DNA of 63,245 nucleotides, counting the filler, from Perkinsus chesapeaki ATCC PRA-425 (Eukaryota > Protista > Perkinsozoa), in NCBI GenBank assembly GCA_013115145.1. It is 5 parts of 5 records of this genome, joined end to end, with 100 filler letters (N's around TTAATTAATTAA, not from the genome) between each part and the next. Parts side by side here need not be neighbours in the genome. Positions count along the whole stretch, not along the records: positions 46,728 to 59,800 come from JAAPAO010000800.1; 4 more parts are not named here. One strand, written 5' to 3'. Of this stretch, positions 47,220 through 59,370 are shown piece by piece. Within the stretch, counting starts at the first letter, position 1. Each line of letters begins with the position of its first letter. A model generated the notes under the pieces. It was not told where the DNA came from. It saw only the letters and a program-made list of their open reading frames with translations, and did not search any database. The translations under genes and the position numbers were made by a program.

Positions 47220-48290
47220 CAACAACGAGACCGATGCCAGCCGATCTTCGACTAGTTTCTCACCTGCTCCGCTGGGGACAAGGAAAGATACCACGGGATG
47301 TCCTCGGCGCGGCAGAACTCCGTCCCATCACCGCCCGCCTCTACAACATCTGAGTGGCCGCATGTTAAATGAGCTTATTAGTATCTCACTAGCATAGCTG
47401 ATGGCGTAAGGCAGGTTGAGCATGCATACGATAAGAGGAATGATTCCAAAGGGAACTATAATTAAGTGGAGTCGTGGACCACAGTAGAAGGCCACATCAA
47501 TCGGATAGGGTAGCATATCCGACCTACATCAGTTGTGATAGGATCAAGCTAGAGTAGGCTGGAGCTACGCTATAGATTCCACAAGAGGGTTTGTGAAGGC
47601 CGCTGCGACCATGGCAGCGCTTTGCTTGGCGGACTGATGAGTCTCGGCCTGCCCACTCTTCATGATGAGATAGTTCTATAAGAAGAGGACACAGGCGATA
47701 GGCTGTGTCGCCTGCCACTTACACCTGGAAGCAGCTGGGCATAGAAGGAGCGAACTCTAAAGGCGAAGTGTAGACCGTAAGTGATCCACCTGAAGAGGGC
47801 ACCATCTTATCAAGTGCCATCGGATGCTACGACACAAGAACTCACAGCATTGCGGAGATGAAGAGGGCTGCGACATAGAGACGACACAAGGTGAGCTTCC
47901 CTCCTCCAGCTGGCATCGATAGTGCAGATAGACCGATGAGTATGGCAAGGAAGGACATACCCCACGCCAGCAGTGGTGCCCAGTATAGGATCTCTGAGGT
48001 GGTATAGAGTCACTGAAGTTGAGATATATTGGCCACCTCCTCTCAGCCAGGGTATGTACTGTATAGCCTCGTGGAAGTAAAAGTGGGTTATTATTGTGCA
48101 GTTGGTGATGGTCACAACTGCCACCGAAGTGACGCTTACCACCATACCTGATGACAACAAAGTGCCGCGAGGCAACCTTCTAGTTCCCCTACCTCCTTTC
48201 AGAGGCAAACAGCAACAGGAGCTGCAGCTCATACCGGAAACCCCTAAAGCGCCTCGGGAGCCCTTCCCTTGTTACAACATGACTTAACGC
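47220..48290 (-). CDS. Hypothetical multi-exon membrane protein
   Basis: Minus-strand exon-like segments such as EILYWAPLLAWGMSFLAILIGLSALS and GALFRWITYGLHFAFR between GT-AG sites; model not resolved. Confidence 0.3.
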
Positions 48291-48622
48291 AAACCATGTG
48301 GTGAGTTGTATAGGCGATCCTATCACTACTGCATCTACCAAGCTAGGGACAATATAGTACGGTCCCCAGCCCCACGGGAATCAATAAACAGCTAAACGTG
48401 CAAGGCCGACAGCAACTATCGACAGCAACTCAGTAGGTAACTGTCGACCCTTGAAGAAGATAGAGGGGGAGCTACTGGTACTGGTAACAATATACAGGGG
48501 ACGACTAAGTGTTGGGCCGCCGTCGTTGTCGTAAGCCAGAGGGAGGACAGCAAAACGATGGATAATGAACAATACTACAAAGAAGGGAGGAGGAGGAGCA
48601 CACAACATTGGAGACACAGGCC

Positions 48623-50077
48623 TCATCGAGGCATTCCACCATGTTGCTGAGCTGCTGCTGCCGCCGCCGCTGATACCGCCGTTCCTTTTCGAAATAATCG
48701 CGCAAGCTCCGTCTCCCTATCGCTCTCTTCATCTGAGCTGCTATCACTAGAACTGCTGTCTCCGCTACTAGAACTACTCGAACTGCTAGAGTTCGTCCGC
48801 CGCCTCCTCTGTGCTTCCTGCAGCTGGGCAAAGGCCCTCTGCTGCGCCACTATCTCACGCGCTCGCTCTTCGTTCTCCTTAACTTTCTGGTTTCGGAGAT
48901 TCAGCAGTCTGGCCACATATCGCTTCAGATTCCTCTGGTCCCTCGGTGCCATCAAGTCCACGTCCAACTCCTGCAGCATCCCAGTGACCGGATCGAGCAC
49001 CACACCCGGAAGATTTCGCAGCTTCTTATCGACAACTTGGCACAGATCCTCCGGAGTCAACTGGTTCATATCTTCCTCCAACTTGATCTTCTCCTCCGCC
49101 GTCAACGGTAACGCTGGTCCTCGGGCGCCCCCTGCAGAGCCGCCCTTCACCGAGCTTTCCTTAGTGCCAGAAGCGGGCGGCCCAGCGCGGGGTGTCTCGC
49201 TGAGGTTGGATACGAACTGAGTGAGCTCAGATATCTTATCCTGCAGCTGCTCTATCTGAGCCGTCAACTCCGACTCTGTTGCCTTCGATGACCCAACACT
49301 TGAGTTCCTGTTTTTCTTATAGCCTTCCTTAGCACTTTCCTTATCCCTCGCCCTGCCACTCCCACCACCGCCACCAGCAGCAGCAGCAGGCTGCTTGCTC
49401 CCCTTATGGCCTCCGCCAGTGGAATGGTGATGCCTATAGGCGCTCGACGTGGATGTGGCCGATTCCTGTGGCTCTTCCAAGGCAGGATATTGTGCCTCAA
49501 GATACTCCGCATTCTCTATCCTATAAGATGCGTCAAACATCAATTCCGTGCAGAGCTTATTCAATCGCTCTGCTGCCTTGAACGGCTGGGAATCTTTAGG
49601 GTAGCTCCTCAATGCAAATCTTACAATTCGACGTAAGTCCCTTTCCAACTCCAAATGCGTATTATACTTCCCCTCCTCGACCATTTGCCTTATATGTCCC
49701 AAATTGATGGGCAACTGACAGGCGCTGAAGCTGACGCCCTCAACCAGCCGTGGGAGGACCGGATGGCTGAACCAGTATGGGATGCTATCAGCTCCCGAGA
49801 ATCCCTGATCTGCCTCAATCGTATTTAACACCCCCAAAAGTACAGCCCTAAAATGAGCTCCATCGCTCCCTATCCTTGAGACGGCTCCTTTAGGCATAAC
49901 TATCCGAGCACCTGGAGCCTTCCCCCTCATCAGAATAGGACTGCCCGCCCCCCCGGCAGCCGGGGCCATGGGGGCGTTGGAGGCAGTGTTGGGCTTCTTC
50001 CCAACAGGCTTGGCCTCGAACCCTTGCTCAGCCTTCAAGTCCATCCTCATGGTCGTCGAAGCCGGGGAATTGGGCAA
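48623..50077 (-). CDS. BET/GTE-like protein: divergent bromodomain, ET domain and Ser/Asp-rich tail; intronless
   Basis: WFSHPV...PINLGHIRQMVEEGKYNT..ELERDLRRIV (bromodomain); PLTAEEKIKLEEDMNQLTPEDL...ELDVDLMAPRDQRNLKRYV (ET); SSSSGDSSSSDSSSDEESD. Confidence 0.85.
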   Translation of the reverse strand: MPNSPASTTMRMDLKAEQGFEAKPVGKKPNTASNAPMAPAAGGAGSPILMRGKAPGARIVMPKGAVSRIGSDGAHFRAVLLGVLNTIEADQGFSGADSIPYWFSHPVLPRLVEGVSFSACQLPINLGHIRQMVEEGKYNTHLELERDLRRIVRFALRSYPKDSQPFKAAERLNKLCTELMFDASYRIENAEYLEAQYPALEEPQESATSTSSAYRHHHSTGGGHKGSKQPAAAAGGGGGSGRARDKESAKEGYKKNRNSSVGSSKATESELTAQIEQLQDKISELTQFVSNLSETPRAGPPASGTKESSVKGGSAGGARGPALPLTAEEKIKLEEDMNQLTPEDLCQVVDKKLRNLPGVVLDPVTGMLQELDVDLMAPRDQRNLKRYVARLLNLRNQKVKENEERAREIVAQQRAFAQLQEAQRRRRTNSSSSSSSSSGDSSSSDSSSDEESDRETELARLFRKGTAVSAAAAAAAQQHGGMPR

Positions 50078-50308
50078 CGAAGCCGTGCTTTCGCCCTAAG
50101 ATACGACAAGGCGTTTTAGCTACTACCCGTCGACCTATCGACGCCTAGCTCGAAGACCCTCTAACAAAAATTATCACCAGTTTTCACTGCAATGATTTTA
50201 CTATTATAAGATATGCTACTGACCCACTGTAAGAGCTCCCTACATATGCTACGCTTTCTCACCGAACTCGGCGGCGATGATGCAAATGGAATGCATTTTC
50301 GATCTACA

Positions 50309-50831
50309 CTACAGCACGAATGCCCTATTCCCTTCCTCCCTCTGCCGCTCCCCCACTACCCTCTTCCTCTTTCCGTTATTAGCCCCCACAGATCTCTCGC
50401 TCACTCCATCAACCGTGCTGCCTGGCTGACCAGGGCCAGTCGTGGTAGATGTTCTAGTTCTCCGTCGAGCCGTTGCGGCCACGAAAGACAGCTCAGCACG
50501 CGGTGATGCCGGAGGCGTCTTCACCTCTTCAATATCGAAATTTGATCCTTGCAAAGCCTCTCGGACCGAGTCCAACTCGGAGAGCGACAAGAACAGCTCA
50601 CCGCGGAAAGTGTGTCCCTCAGGCTGGCGGTTGACATTAGCATCGAGAGCGAATTCGTGGTGCGGGTCACTGCTCTCCTCAACTGTCCCCGAGTTCTCTC
50701 CGACGTCCTCCTTTTTCATAGATTCGTTAATAGAGTCAAGGACGACTGGTGGCGAGTCGGCTTGGCTTGGCTCCACGGCTGGAGTGTCAGCCTCGATAGG
50801 CGCTTCATCAGGGGTAGTTATGTTGCTCATG
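50309..50831 (-). CDS. Hypothetical acidic protein
   Basis: Open frame from MSNITTPDEAP with coding-like composition; the 3' end is probably spliced. Confidence 0.45.
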
Positions 50832-51036
50832 ATGGACGAGGATAAACCCCACACTTTAACAATAACAACATGGCGAGGCTGTCCTACTCTACGGCGGCCG
50901 ACCTCCATCTAGGACCGATCGCACTTCCCGCTCTTTTTTGCCTAGCTCCCTCGGTCGGTAACGCAAAAAACAAAGCATGAAAATCTGGTATTTAACAATA
51001 GTCGCATCAACGCAACCGTTTCAGTTCCCTGGTGAT

Positions 51037-51828
51037 TTAGTGGACCTTTGCATACTTCTTCGACGGCTTGGCTCCCTTACCCTTCTTCGGGACGTCCTCC
51101 TCATCGGTGGCCTCCATAAACTGGTCGACCAAGGCCGAGAACCCCGACTTCTGCGGGTTAATGCCGCCGAACGGCCGCCTCAACCCCCTAAAAGCGTTGT
51201 CGAATAGAGTGCTCCTGCGGCTGTTATTTCACCTTACCTGTGCTCATGAGGATCCTGCTTGAGGATGTGGATCTTGAAGACCTCAGAGTCGGAGAGATTC
51301 ATAAGAGCCATTACAGAGCTCAAGATCAATGGTTGAACGTAGCCCATCCTATAATGGATAAACACCACCTGAATAGGAGCCATAAGAACTCCTCCACCTG
51401 GGAAGCATCACTTACAATAAGGATCTGGATGAGCTGGTTCTGTACAAGGTCCATCAATTTGCTCGTATCATATTGGTTAACAGTCATGGCCTCAACAGGC
51501 TCCATCTGGCCTAGACCTGCCATAGACGATGCTATCACTCGTTCCCACGAGCGGCGGAGGCATCACCTGCATCTTTTTCATGGGCTGGAACAATCTCCTT
51601 GTCCCCTTCTGTGTTCTTTCTAATGCTTCTATATATCATCAAAAACACGCCCGTCTGAGCCACGAGGCGAATCGCGAAAATAACGCGGCCGATTATGGTC
51701 ATCGTGTCCTCGCTCAAAGGCAGCTGTTTGAGCAAGAGAAGGACACCGATTGGAAGGAAGGCACGCCAGAGCTTCGGCTTCTGAGGGGGCACCGGTTGCG
51801 ACTCGTTCTTCCGTTTAGATTGGGCCAT
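51037..51828 (-). CDS. PHO88: PHO88/SND3 family membrane protein, multi-exon
   Basis: MTVNQYDTSKLMDL...FIHYRMGYVQPLILSSVM...VFKIHILK...RPFG matches the Pho88 pattern (T..EYD...H..GY.QPL...IH....RPF). Confidence 0.75.
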
Positions 51829-53199
51829 ATTAAACGTAAGTAAACCAACAGTACTAACACATCAATAATGCACCAACATAAATGTTTTCACCGCGCTCTT
51901 AGAGGTCTCAGCCCCGGTCTGTCTGGAAGCAACCCATGGCCATGGCCGAGGTGGATACCACCGCGGGGTCTACTACTACAAACCTTTCTACTTTAAAGGA
52001 CATCCCGACAACCTTCAATTGGGTACCATAACAACCTCGAAAACCTCAAGGGCTGTAAAGGCTCTTGGATAGGACGATGCTACGATCGCTGGGCCGAGCA
52101 GTTATCAGGGCGGGCGAGACTACTAAGAGGCGGAGCGATGTAGAGAATGTAGCTCAGCGGAGCGAAGCGCGTCATGTTGTCCATTTTGCGAGCGACCCAT
52201 GCAGCAGCTTTTCTGCTTTTCTTATACTCGAATGCTTGGCTGCTTTCTTTGTCACTGTTGTTGTAAGGAGGGGGACCATTCACAGCAGCCTCGGAGATGT
52301 CGGACACAGCCGTGTGTTATCGATAACCACGAACTGTATATAATACCACCAGTCAATAGTAAGCTGACAATGCAGTGGCAAGGATAGGTGGAATGAGTGC
52401 TAACCAGGTCTCTCTTTGAATGGACCGTTGACCACAGTAGGAGCTTATAGGCCAGCTACAGCTCAATCGGGCAGTGTGACACCCTATGGCACTGTGGTGA
52501 CACCAACATGGATGAACGACATATCTCCGAGGGCTAGGAGGATACTTCTACGTGCTCAGGGCATAGGGACTGATTCGGCAAGGTGGGGTGTAGATTACAC
52601 CGCAGCCCGTCAGCTTCTAAGTGGCATGTGATGTAGCTCAGGTCCGAGTACAGTGCTCGTTATTCCTCAGCGTCCCCTCTTAACACATGGCGTAGTAGCG
52701 GGCATGCATCTTTAGTATAGTCTTATTGACATTATCAACTTGTCGTCGTCCACAGCCCCAATCGATCAGTGTTGTTAATACATTACAATGTTGTCAAGTT
52801 GTTTGTCTGTATGCCCTATTAACTGCAGCATGCTGTTCACTAATATAGGAGGTACTATCACGGGAGGAAGGGCAAAGGAAGTCGTTCACCACTGCCAAGA
52901 CCTCTAGACTTGTCAGGAAAGGAGTAGCTCGTGTGTGGATCCCAGGGGTGTTCTTCACCTTAAGCTCTATTCAGTACGCAACGAAGATATGCCGTACTAT
53001 TCCTTTGCCGAAACGGGTTGATGCCAAGTTCAATTTTCGTAAGGGGCCGCTTGGTACCTGAGTTCCGTTAATGGAAATACAGTTGGTAGTTAATGAAAGC
53101 CATGTTGGGGATTTGTGAAGTGTAGGAGTCTACGTCCTTGAGGGGCTTAACTGTACATCAGTTACTGCCAAGAATCGTTTCAATCTCTGGATTGATCCT

Positions 53200-56100
53200 C
53201 TCTGGCATTTGTAAATGTTTTTCAGCAGGTACCTTAACATGGTTACTATTGCTTTTATTAATCGTTTGTCCTAGTCATATCGGTTACGCCGAGGAAGTTG
53301 AAGAGGAGAAGTCTAATGGGCCATACAAGTAGTATACCAGCTTTAGTGTAGCAGTGTGAACGGACGACGCCTATACGGTATGGGTATTCCTGCTATCGGC
53401 CATATTTCTGGTAGAGATGTGTTGTCCCCATTCCTCGTATTCCCGTTTACGGTTAAGCGTGATGATGCTTGGCGCCTTAGCAGTGTTGTTGCCAGCATCT
53501 CAATATCTCGCAGTGCTTTGCTGCCCTGCCGCGTCGGGAGGGTACTCTGTGTTGTGTATCATACACGGTATTGACGATATTTGCCACCGTTCCATAGTAG
53601 ATCCCAACAGTAATATTTCCTGGAAGGTTCTTGAAGTACGTTCAGATGGTTCGGCGGATACAGGAGCTATCTGAGCAACATCCAGACATAATAGAGGTCT
53701 TCGATGCTTTGGAGGTTTGGCCTGAAATAGCAGACTTTTCAAAGGAGGACCTGATGTGTGGAAAGGAGCGGTAGCAGATGTGTTCGATAATTTGTATTAG
53801 TCCGCAATATGGTGCTCGTATTCACAATGGCTTTAATAATCTAGATGTCATTCGACGTTTAGGTGTAAGTTCTTAGTGATGCATCTGGGCAATAGAGCTC
53901 TTCAATCTGATACTACACCGGAGGTGAGCTTATGTGGGCCGCTGATCGGCAATGTCCTAAGGTGGTGGCATGCAGGTGTTCTTCTCTGGGGAACTTCACG
54001 GTAATGAGCGGACCGGCCCTAATGCCCTCATTCAAATGGTGTCGGCTCTGGCGAATAAGTACAATGCAGCTGATGGGGATGACGAGGTAGCCGCAAATGA
54101 AGCCCGATGGTAGTAGTGGGGAGATGGCTGCCTTAGAAACTATCAATAAAGGATACAACGGTATGATACAAGTTAGAGTGTCTCTCGTGAGTATTATTAA
54201 AAAACTGTGTCGGACGTCCGGTGTCGCTGAGCAACCTATTCGGAAATCGCTGTACTTGGTTGAGGCTTTGGTTGTGATAGGTTGATCGACCGTCGCAGTA
54301 CGTATATCATACCGATGACCAATCCTTATGGTTACTATCATAGCGTTCGATTCGAGAAGTTCCGTGACCGTGATGCTAATCGAGACTTTCCGTACCAGCA
54401 GCAGGAGTCGCGGTGTATGGTAACTATTACGGCCAGAGTGGTTAATGAGCTATTTCGAAGGTAGGATGGGACTGTTGCTCATACCACATATATACCGATA
54501 TAAAATACTATCAACACACATCGTCTTACGGTAATATGATCTTTGATGTCTTTCCTCTGAGATAATCGTGAACTCATTAGTACTTGGAGATGCTATGCTC
54601 TGCTGAATTGTCCACGCGTGGCATACTGTTGTTAAGAGCAACGGTGTTGTCCATCTCACTGGGGTGATGATAGCTCTTCCGGGAAATAGAGTTCGGCGGT
54701 GGCGGTGTTGTTGCATGGGTTTGCGTTTGGCTTAGGCACTTGTTCCAGCTATCAATAACCTTCCATGGCGGTATAAAGGTCCTTTCTTACGCCTGGGGTA
54801 GTAATAATCATAGGAATGGAGGGAAGAGTACTAATGCGCCCGATAAGACTGCTATTGTGGATGTGGCAACATTGATGAGGGTAATAGTCTGTGAGGGCTG
54901 GAGTGTGGCGACTGGATGGTATACAGGAAGCTGCTGGACGGGCAGCAAATGGTGACTACTGGTATCCCATGGGCACGATGACGGATACGGTATATGCTGT
55001 AGATGGTGGAATGGAGGTAATACGTCAGTTATGGGTGGGGATTGACAAGGATGTGTAGGATTGGGCATATGGGGCAGGGTTCGAGGAGCAACCAGATCCG
55101 ATCAATCAGTGTGATCCTACTACTTATGGGGGATACCCTCGGGAGAGGACAGACTACTCTAAATGGAGGAATATAAGGTAGAAGATAAGGGGGGACTGTT
55201 GGGTAGTTATCTGCTGCTGCTGCTGTTGAAGGTCAATTACGTACCTAGTGGAAATGTCGGACCTTCACACGCCCAAGGTGGAGAATTTGGGGGATAAGGA
55301 AGATATGTGGAGGAGCAAGTCTGATGGAGGTACGAGGTGATGGAAGAGGGGTCAGTGATGATGATGAGCTCAGCCGACCATATTAACCGGAATGCACATC
55401 TATCGATGAGTGTAATGGAGATGGTAACGCCATCAATTATGTGGCGCGTGAAGAACAACAGCAGCAGCAACAGTGTAGTGCAGAACGGAAGGCTGAGGAA
55501 CGTTTCATGGTAGGCTGCTGCTGCTGCTGGGACTTGCTTTCTTTGAGTACGTCTCTATTAAATCTGGAGCACTTCATATTTGCGAAGTTTGCGACGTAAA
55601 CTCGTCTAGTTATCATCAATTTATTTTGAACTGCTTCGGGCTGCTGCTGCCGCCTGACGTGGTTTGTTCAGTAAGGGTTGCTGTCAGGTACGCTCTCGGT
55701 TGCAGCCACGTTGATGCGCTGGAGGTGTGGCTACTGCCTGGGGCGTGCTCGGCTGAGCCAGAGGTCATGCTTGGTCTTGGAGCATCACGAACGAGATGGC
55801 CACCGGATGGAGCGTATCTGATTGAGGAAGCTAAGTTGTCGAATGTAGCGCCGCTGGTTTCGGTGCTAGTTGATGGAGCGGAGGTGGCTTGGTGTAGGTA
55901 ACCTGCAAGCATCTGTCCCTTTGGGGAGGAGAGACGGGCGACGGTAACGTACATTCGCTGGATGGGGTGGTGATTCCAAAGGTAAGGTAATGGTAGCTGG
56001 TGGTGACACGATGGCCTGGCTTAGACTGTACCGAATGGGGAGTACTGTCTGGCTGCGGTAGCAGAGTTTGATAAGAGTTGGAACACTACGGAGTCCCCTG

Positions 56101-57504
56101 ATCCGAAAGTTTCACCGTGGAGTCATCTTGTTAATAGTCGAGTGCAGGATACATACTCGTGGCAATGTGAAGGGCCTCCGAGGTGAGGGCGGGTCATAGT
56201 AAGTGCTATGGTCGAGCGGAAGACATTTCAGAATAGAAGCCAGTCGACGCCGTCTGTATGGAGCGACGCCTTCAGCGCCGAGTGTTGTCGTGAGGGATAG
56301 CACCGCGGCTTCGGGGGAGTCCAAGGTGGTCGAGAAGCCTGAGGCGGTCTCGACTGCTCCTCCTCCTCCTCCTCCTCCAGCTGTGACGCCGAGCAAGGCT
56401 GCAGCATGGCAGAAGGTTGTGATTACCATGGCGTTTTTGAGGATGCCATCCCGAGTGCCGATGGCAGTTGAAATTGATGCCGCCGGCACTCGGGGCACTT
56501 TGCTTTCCAAGCGCGGTGGTGGTGACCAGCTCTCTAGAGGGACATATGTCTTGGCTCTCTACGAGTTAGGTGATCGAACGAACAGAGGGCACAGGACCGA
56601 GCTCATCACAGTCGATGTGAATCAGCGAGACCAGGATGTCAATCAAGAGTTCTCTTTCACGGAGGTCAGCGGAGCGGAGCTCTCGGGGCACGGAATTGCA
56701 CTGGAGTGGTACCCGAAGAAGCTTCGGACAAGCGGCAGCGATGTGGCCGATGGCGGAAAGGATTACGCCTGGGCTGTGATACCGAAAATAGCGGGAGGCC
56801 TCGAGGATCCACCTGAGAGCAAGGACTTGCTTTGCGAGTGGTCTGACGGGCAGGGGTATGTGGAGGTGGTCGATAAGGACGTCGAAGGTGTGGTGTGCGG
56901 GGTGAATAGGACTCGAGCAGCGGTGGAGGTTCGGGGCGATTGCTGCGATGAGCTGTTGACTGCCGGAGAGCCATTTGGGGTATCAGTGGACGAGTTGAAG
57001 CTGGCTGTGAACTTCAGATTCGGCGAGGCTGGAAGGACAGCTTGCAGAGCGTGTGGGCCCGGCGACAAACTAACGCTGCGGTTGGGCCACTCGGACGTTA
57101 AGGAATGTGTGCTGGGTCGATTCGTCCCGGATGACAGTGAGCTCGCTGGGCAGACAGATTGCAGCGTTCTGAAGGCTCATATTGGCAGCTCGGCTGGGGT
57201 TGCTGGTGTGGCTTCGAACTTTGCTGCTTTCCTTATAGTGTTGGGTGCGCTCTCTCTTGCATGCTGTCCATTGGCATGGTGTGTAGGGCGGTACCGCAGA
57301 AAGTATGAGGATGACAGTACTATACCGTCCCGGCCGAGGAAAAGCGGATGGCGTCGGGTAGATGAGGCGGAAGAGATGGAAACACTACGTGAAGTTGACG
57401 AGGAGGGGTCTCTGGCCGAGAGTCCGCTGGGGTCGCCCTATGGTGGGGTCTTTACTGATAGCGACAGCGATGAAGTCACCATTCGAGACGGCCCTCGAGA
57501 ATGA
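53200..57504 (+). CDS. Zinc carboxypeptidase (M14) with signal peptide and C-terminal membrane anchor, multi-exon
   Basis: Exons encode MVRRIQELSEQHPDIIE, FFSGELHGNERTG (HxxE), PMTNPYG...DANRDFPY, ITFHGG..SYAWG, DWAYGAGFE and VEMSD (catalytic Glu). The last large ORF has the TM segment AAFLIVLGALSLACCPLAWCV. Confidence 0.85.
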
Positions 57505-57784
57505 TTGCAAGTAACACTTGTTGCCACCATTCCTGTTATCATTTCCGTATGATAAAGTTTCGGGATCAGTGTTGTTGGTGTTGGTAATAGAGACCGTGCG
57601 CATTAGTAACAAGGCACACTCATAGCGAGTGCAAGCGAGGATCGATCGGTACAACAAAATGTGTGTCATTCACCCGGTGGAGGCCTCGCTGATGCTGAGC
57701 CGTTTGCATGTGTTGGGGTAGTAGCTATTATCTCTTCGTTTGTCTAATATTATCATCTACCTTCAAACTTCGATCTAGTTTGCG

Positions 57785-59000
57785 ATGTATCAGTGCCGGG
57801 CATCGTTCCTACAAGCCCTGGTCACGTTAATGAGTGTTGACCTAGGAGCGAGTTCTCGGAGGAGTCTCAGTGTCTTGGGTGAGGCAATAGTTCCTTCGAT
57901 ACAGCAGGGCTTAACCCCGTCCGCGGTAGACCGTGTAACTTTGGGCTTCGAGTCGGAGCAAAAGGACGCTAAAAACACTAGTAACCCTAGCTTTTTACAG
58001 GCGGGTCCTCTAGCCGATTGCGTGAAAATTATGCACAAATAGACGTGTTTAATGAGCTGGGTATTGAAGAAGCTCACAGTAGGTCGACAGCGGCAGGATT
58101 CGAACCTGCGCGGGCGGAGCCCAGTGGATTTCTAGTCCACCTCCTTAACCACTCGGACACGCTGTCTACATGTCGTGGATTGGCGTATCTAAACCCGTGC
58201 CCCATGGTGTGTTAGGTGAAGTGAAGTGGGAGGACCAGGCATCGTATTATGCTTACTATGACCGATGTGATTTGGGAACTACAGAGACCACAAAGTTGAT
58301 GATTAACTACGGTCAATACGCTATCAGTAACTGTCATTCTCCCGGGTTTAACTCCTTTCGAACACAAAACCATATCCCAAGTAACCTACAAGTCCCCGGT
58401 ACACATGGCAAACAGTGGTGTATTGATTACTTTAAACAATTGGGATTTATTCCTGGACAGTCATTAGACTATGCAAGGAAAGCTATGTGCGATGCTAATA
58501 CATGTAAGCACCTGTTCGGTCTGCTAATGAGTGCCAACTGAACTCGTCCTATGTTCTCCGAGCAAGCACTAGCTCTGATTGCTTGCAAAGTTTCAAAGGG
58601 GAGTAAGCAGTCCTATCTCTCAGTCTTGCATGCTACATCATCGCCCACGACGATAGCGGCTACTACAGCAACAACCACAGTCACGACCACCCTTCCGTCA
58701 ACAAGTGAGTTTTGTTGCCCACCGAGTCTATGTAAGCTTTATCGCTCCCAGACCCTGGAGGATTCAGCGGAGAGTTTCGGTCGAGCTTGCCTGAGAGTAA
58801 GTTACTCTGCTGATGCCTAACCAGACTATGGCGTATACTCTTTCTCAGACTACAGCTCGATGTTCGCCATTGGGGACAACACCAATGTGTTCTGCAATCC
58901 TCGCTGCCAACGAGCACGATACGAGAGAATACTGAGTGAGTGGCATCTACTTCAAGACTGTAGCGTGGTTGAGAGGGGAGTTCCTCCGTGAGATATCTAC
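57785..59000 (+). CDS. Putative secreted Cys-rich protein; exons 57785-57878, 58001-58078, 58216 onward; 3' part approximate
   Basis: Phase-compatible GT-AG splicing gives a signal-like N-terminus, then GGSSSRLRENYAQIDVFNELGIEEAHS-EVKWEDQASYY...; later a Thr-rich linker and Cys clusters. Confidence 0.55.
58085..58166 (-). tRNA. trnS: tRNA-Ser(AGA)
   Basis: GACAGCGTGTCCGAGTGGTTAAGGAGGTGGACTAGAAATCCACTGGGCTCCGCCCGCGCAGGTTCGAATCCTGCCGCTGTCG folds into a full cloverleaf with a long variable arm. Confidence 0.97.
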
Positions 59001-59370
59001 TTGCTGTGGCGCGTTCGTTCTTTGGCATGACAGATTTATTCGTAGAAATGTCATCTCACCCCAAACAATAATCGTGTATCGTATTCGCGCAGCATCACTC
59101 GCTCCTGACCACATGGTTTGTCTGCAGGCCTTACCACATAGAGCATGAGTCCCAAAAGAGTATCGGGGAGGACTTGCGCATTAACCGGTGTGATATGACC
59201 TTCTCATGTTGAGTTTGCAATAGATGAGCATGGAATATGATATTGAGGAGGGAGTGAAGAGGCGCTTGTACTCCCTCCGATGGGATTTCACTTTTCCTCC
59301 CAGCCATTACTAATTTTTCCAAAATATCGTGCTAATCCCGCTATATCGCCCTTCCGCCGGTGGAGCTAGC

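Noticed and set aside
52065-53100. Short ORFs on both strands between PHO88 and the carboxypeptidase
   Set aside because: No recognisable motif and no consistent exon chain.
55437-55540. CAG/CTG microsatellites forming a loose inverted pair
   Set aside because: Short, low-complexity and intronic; expected by chance.
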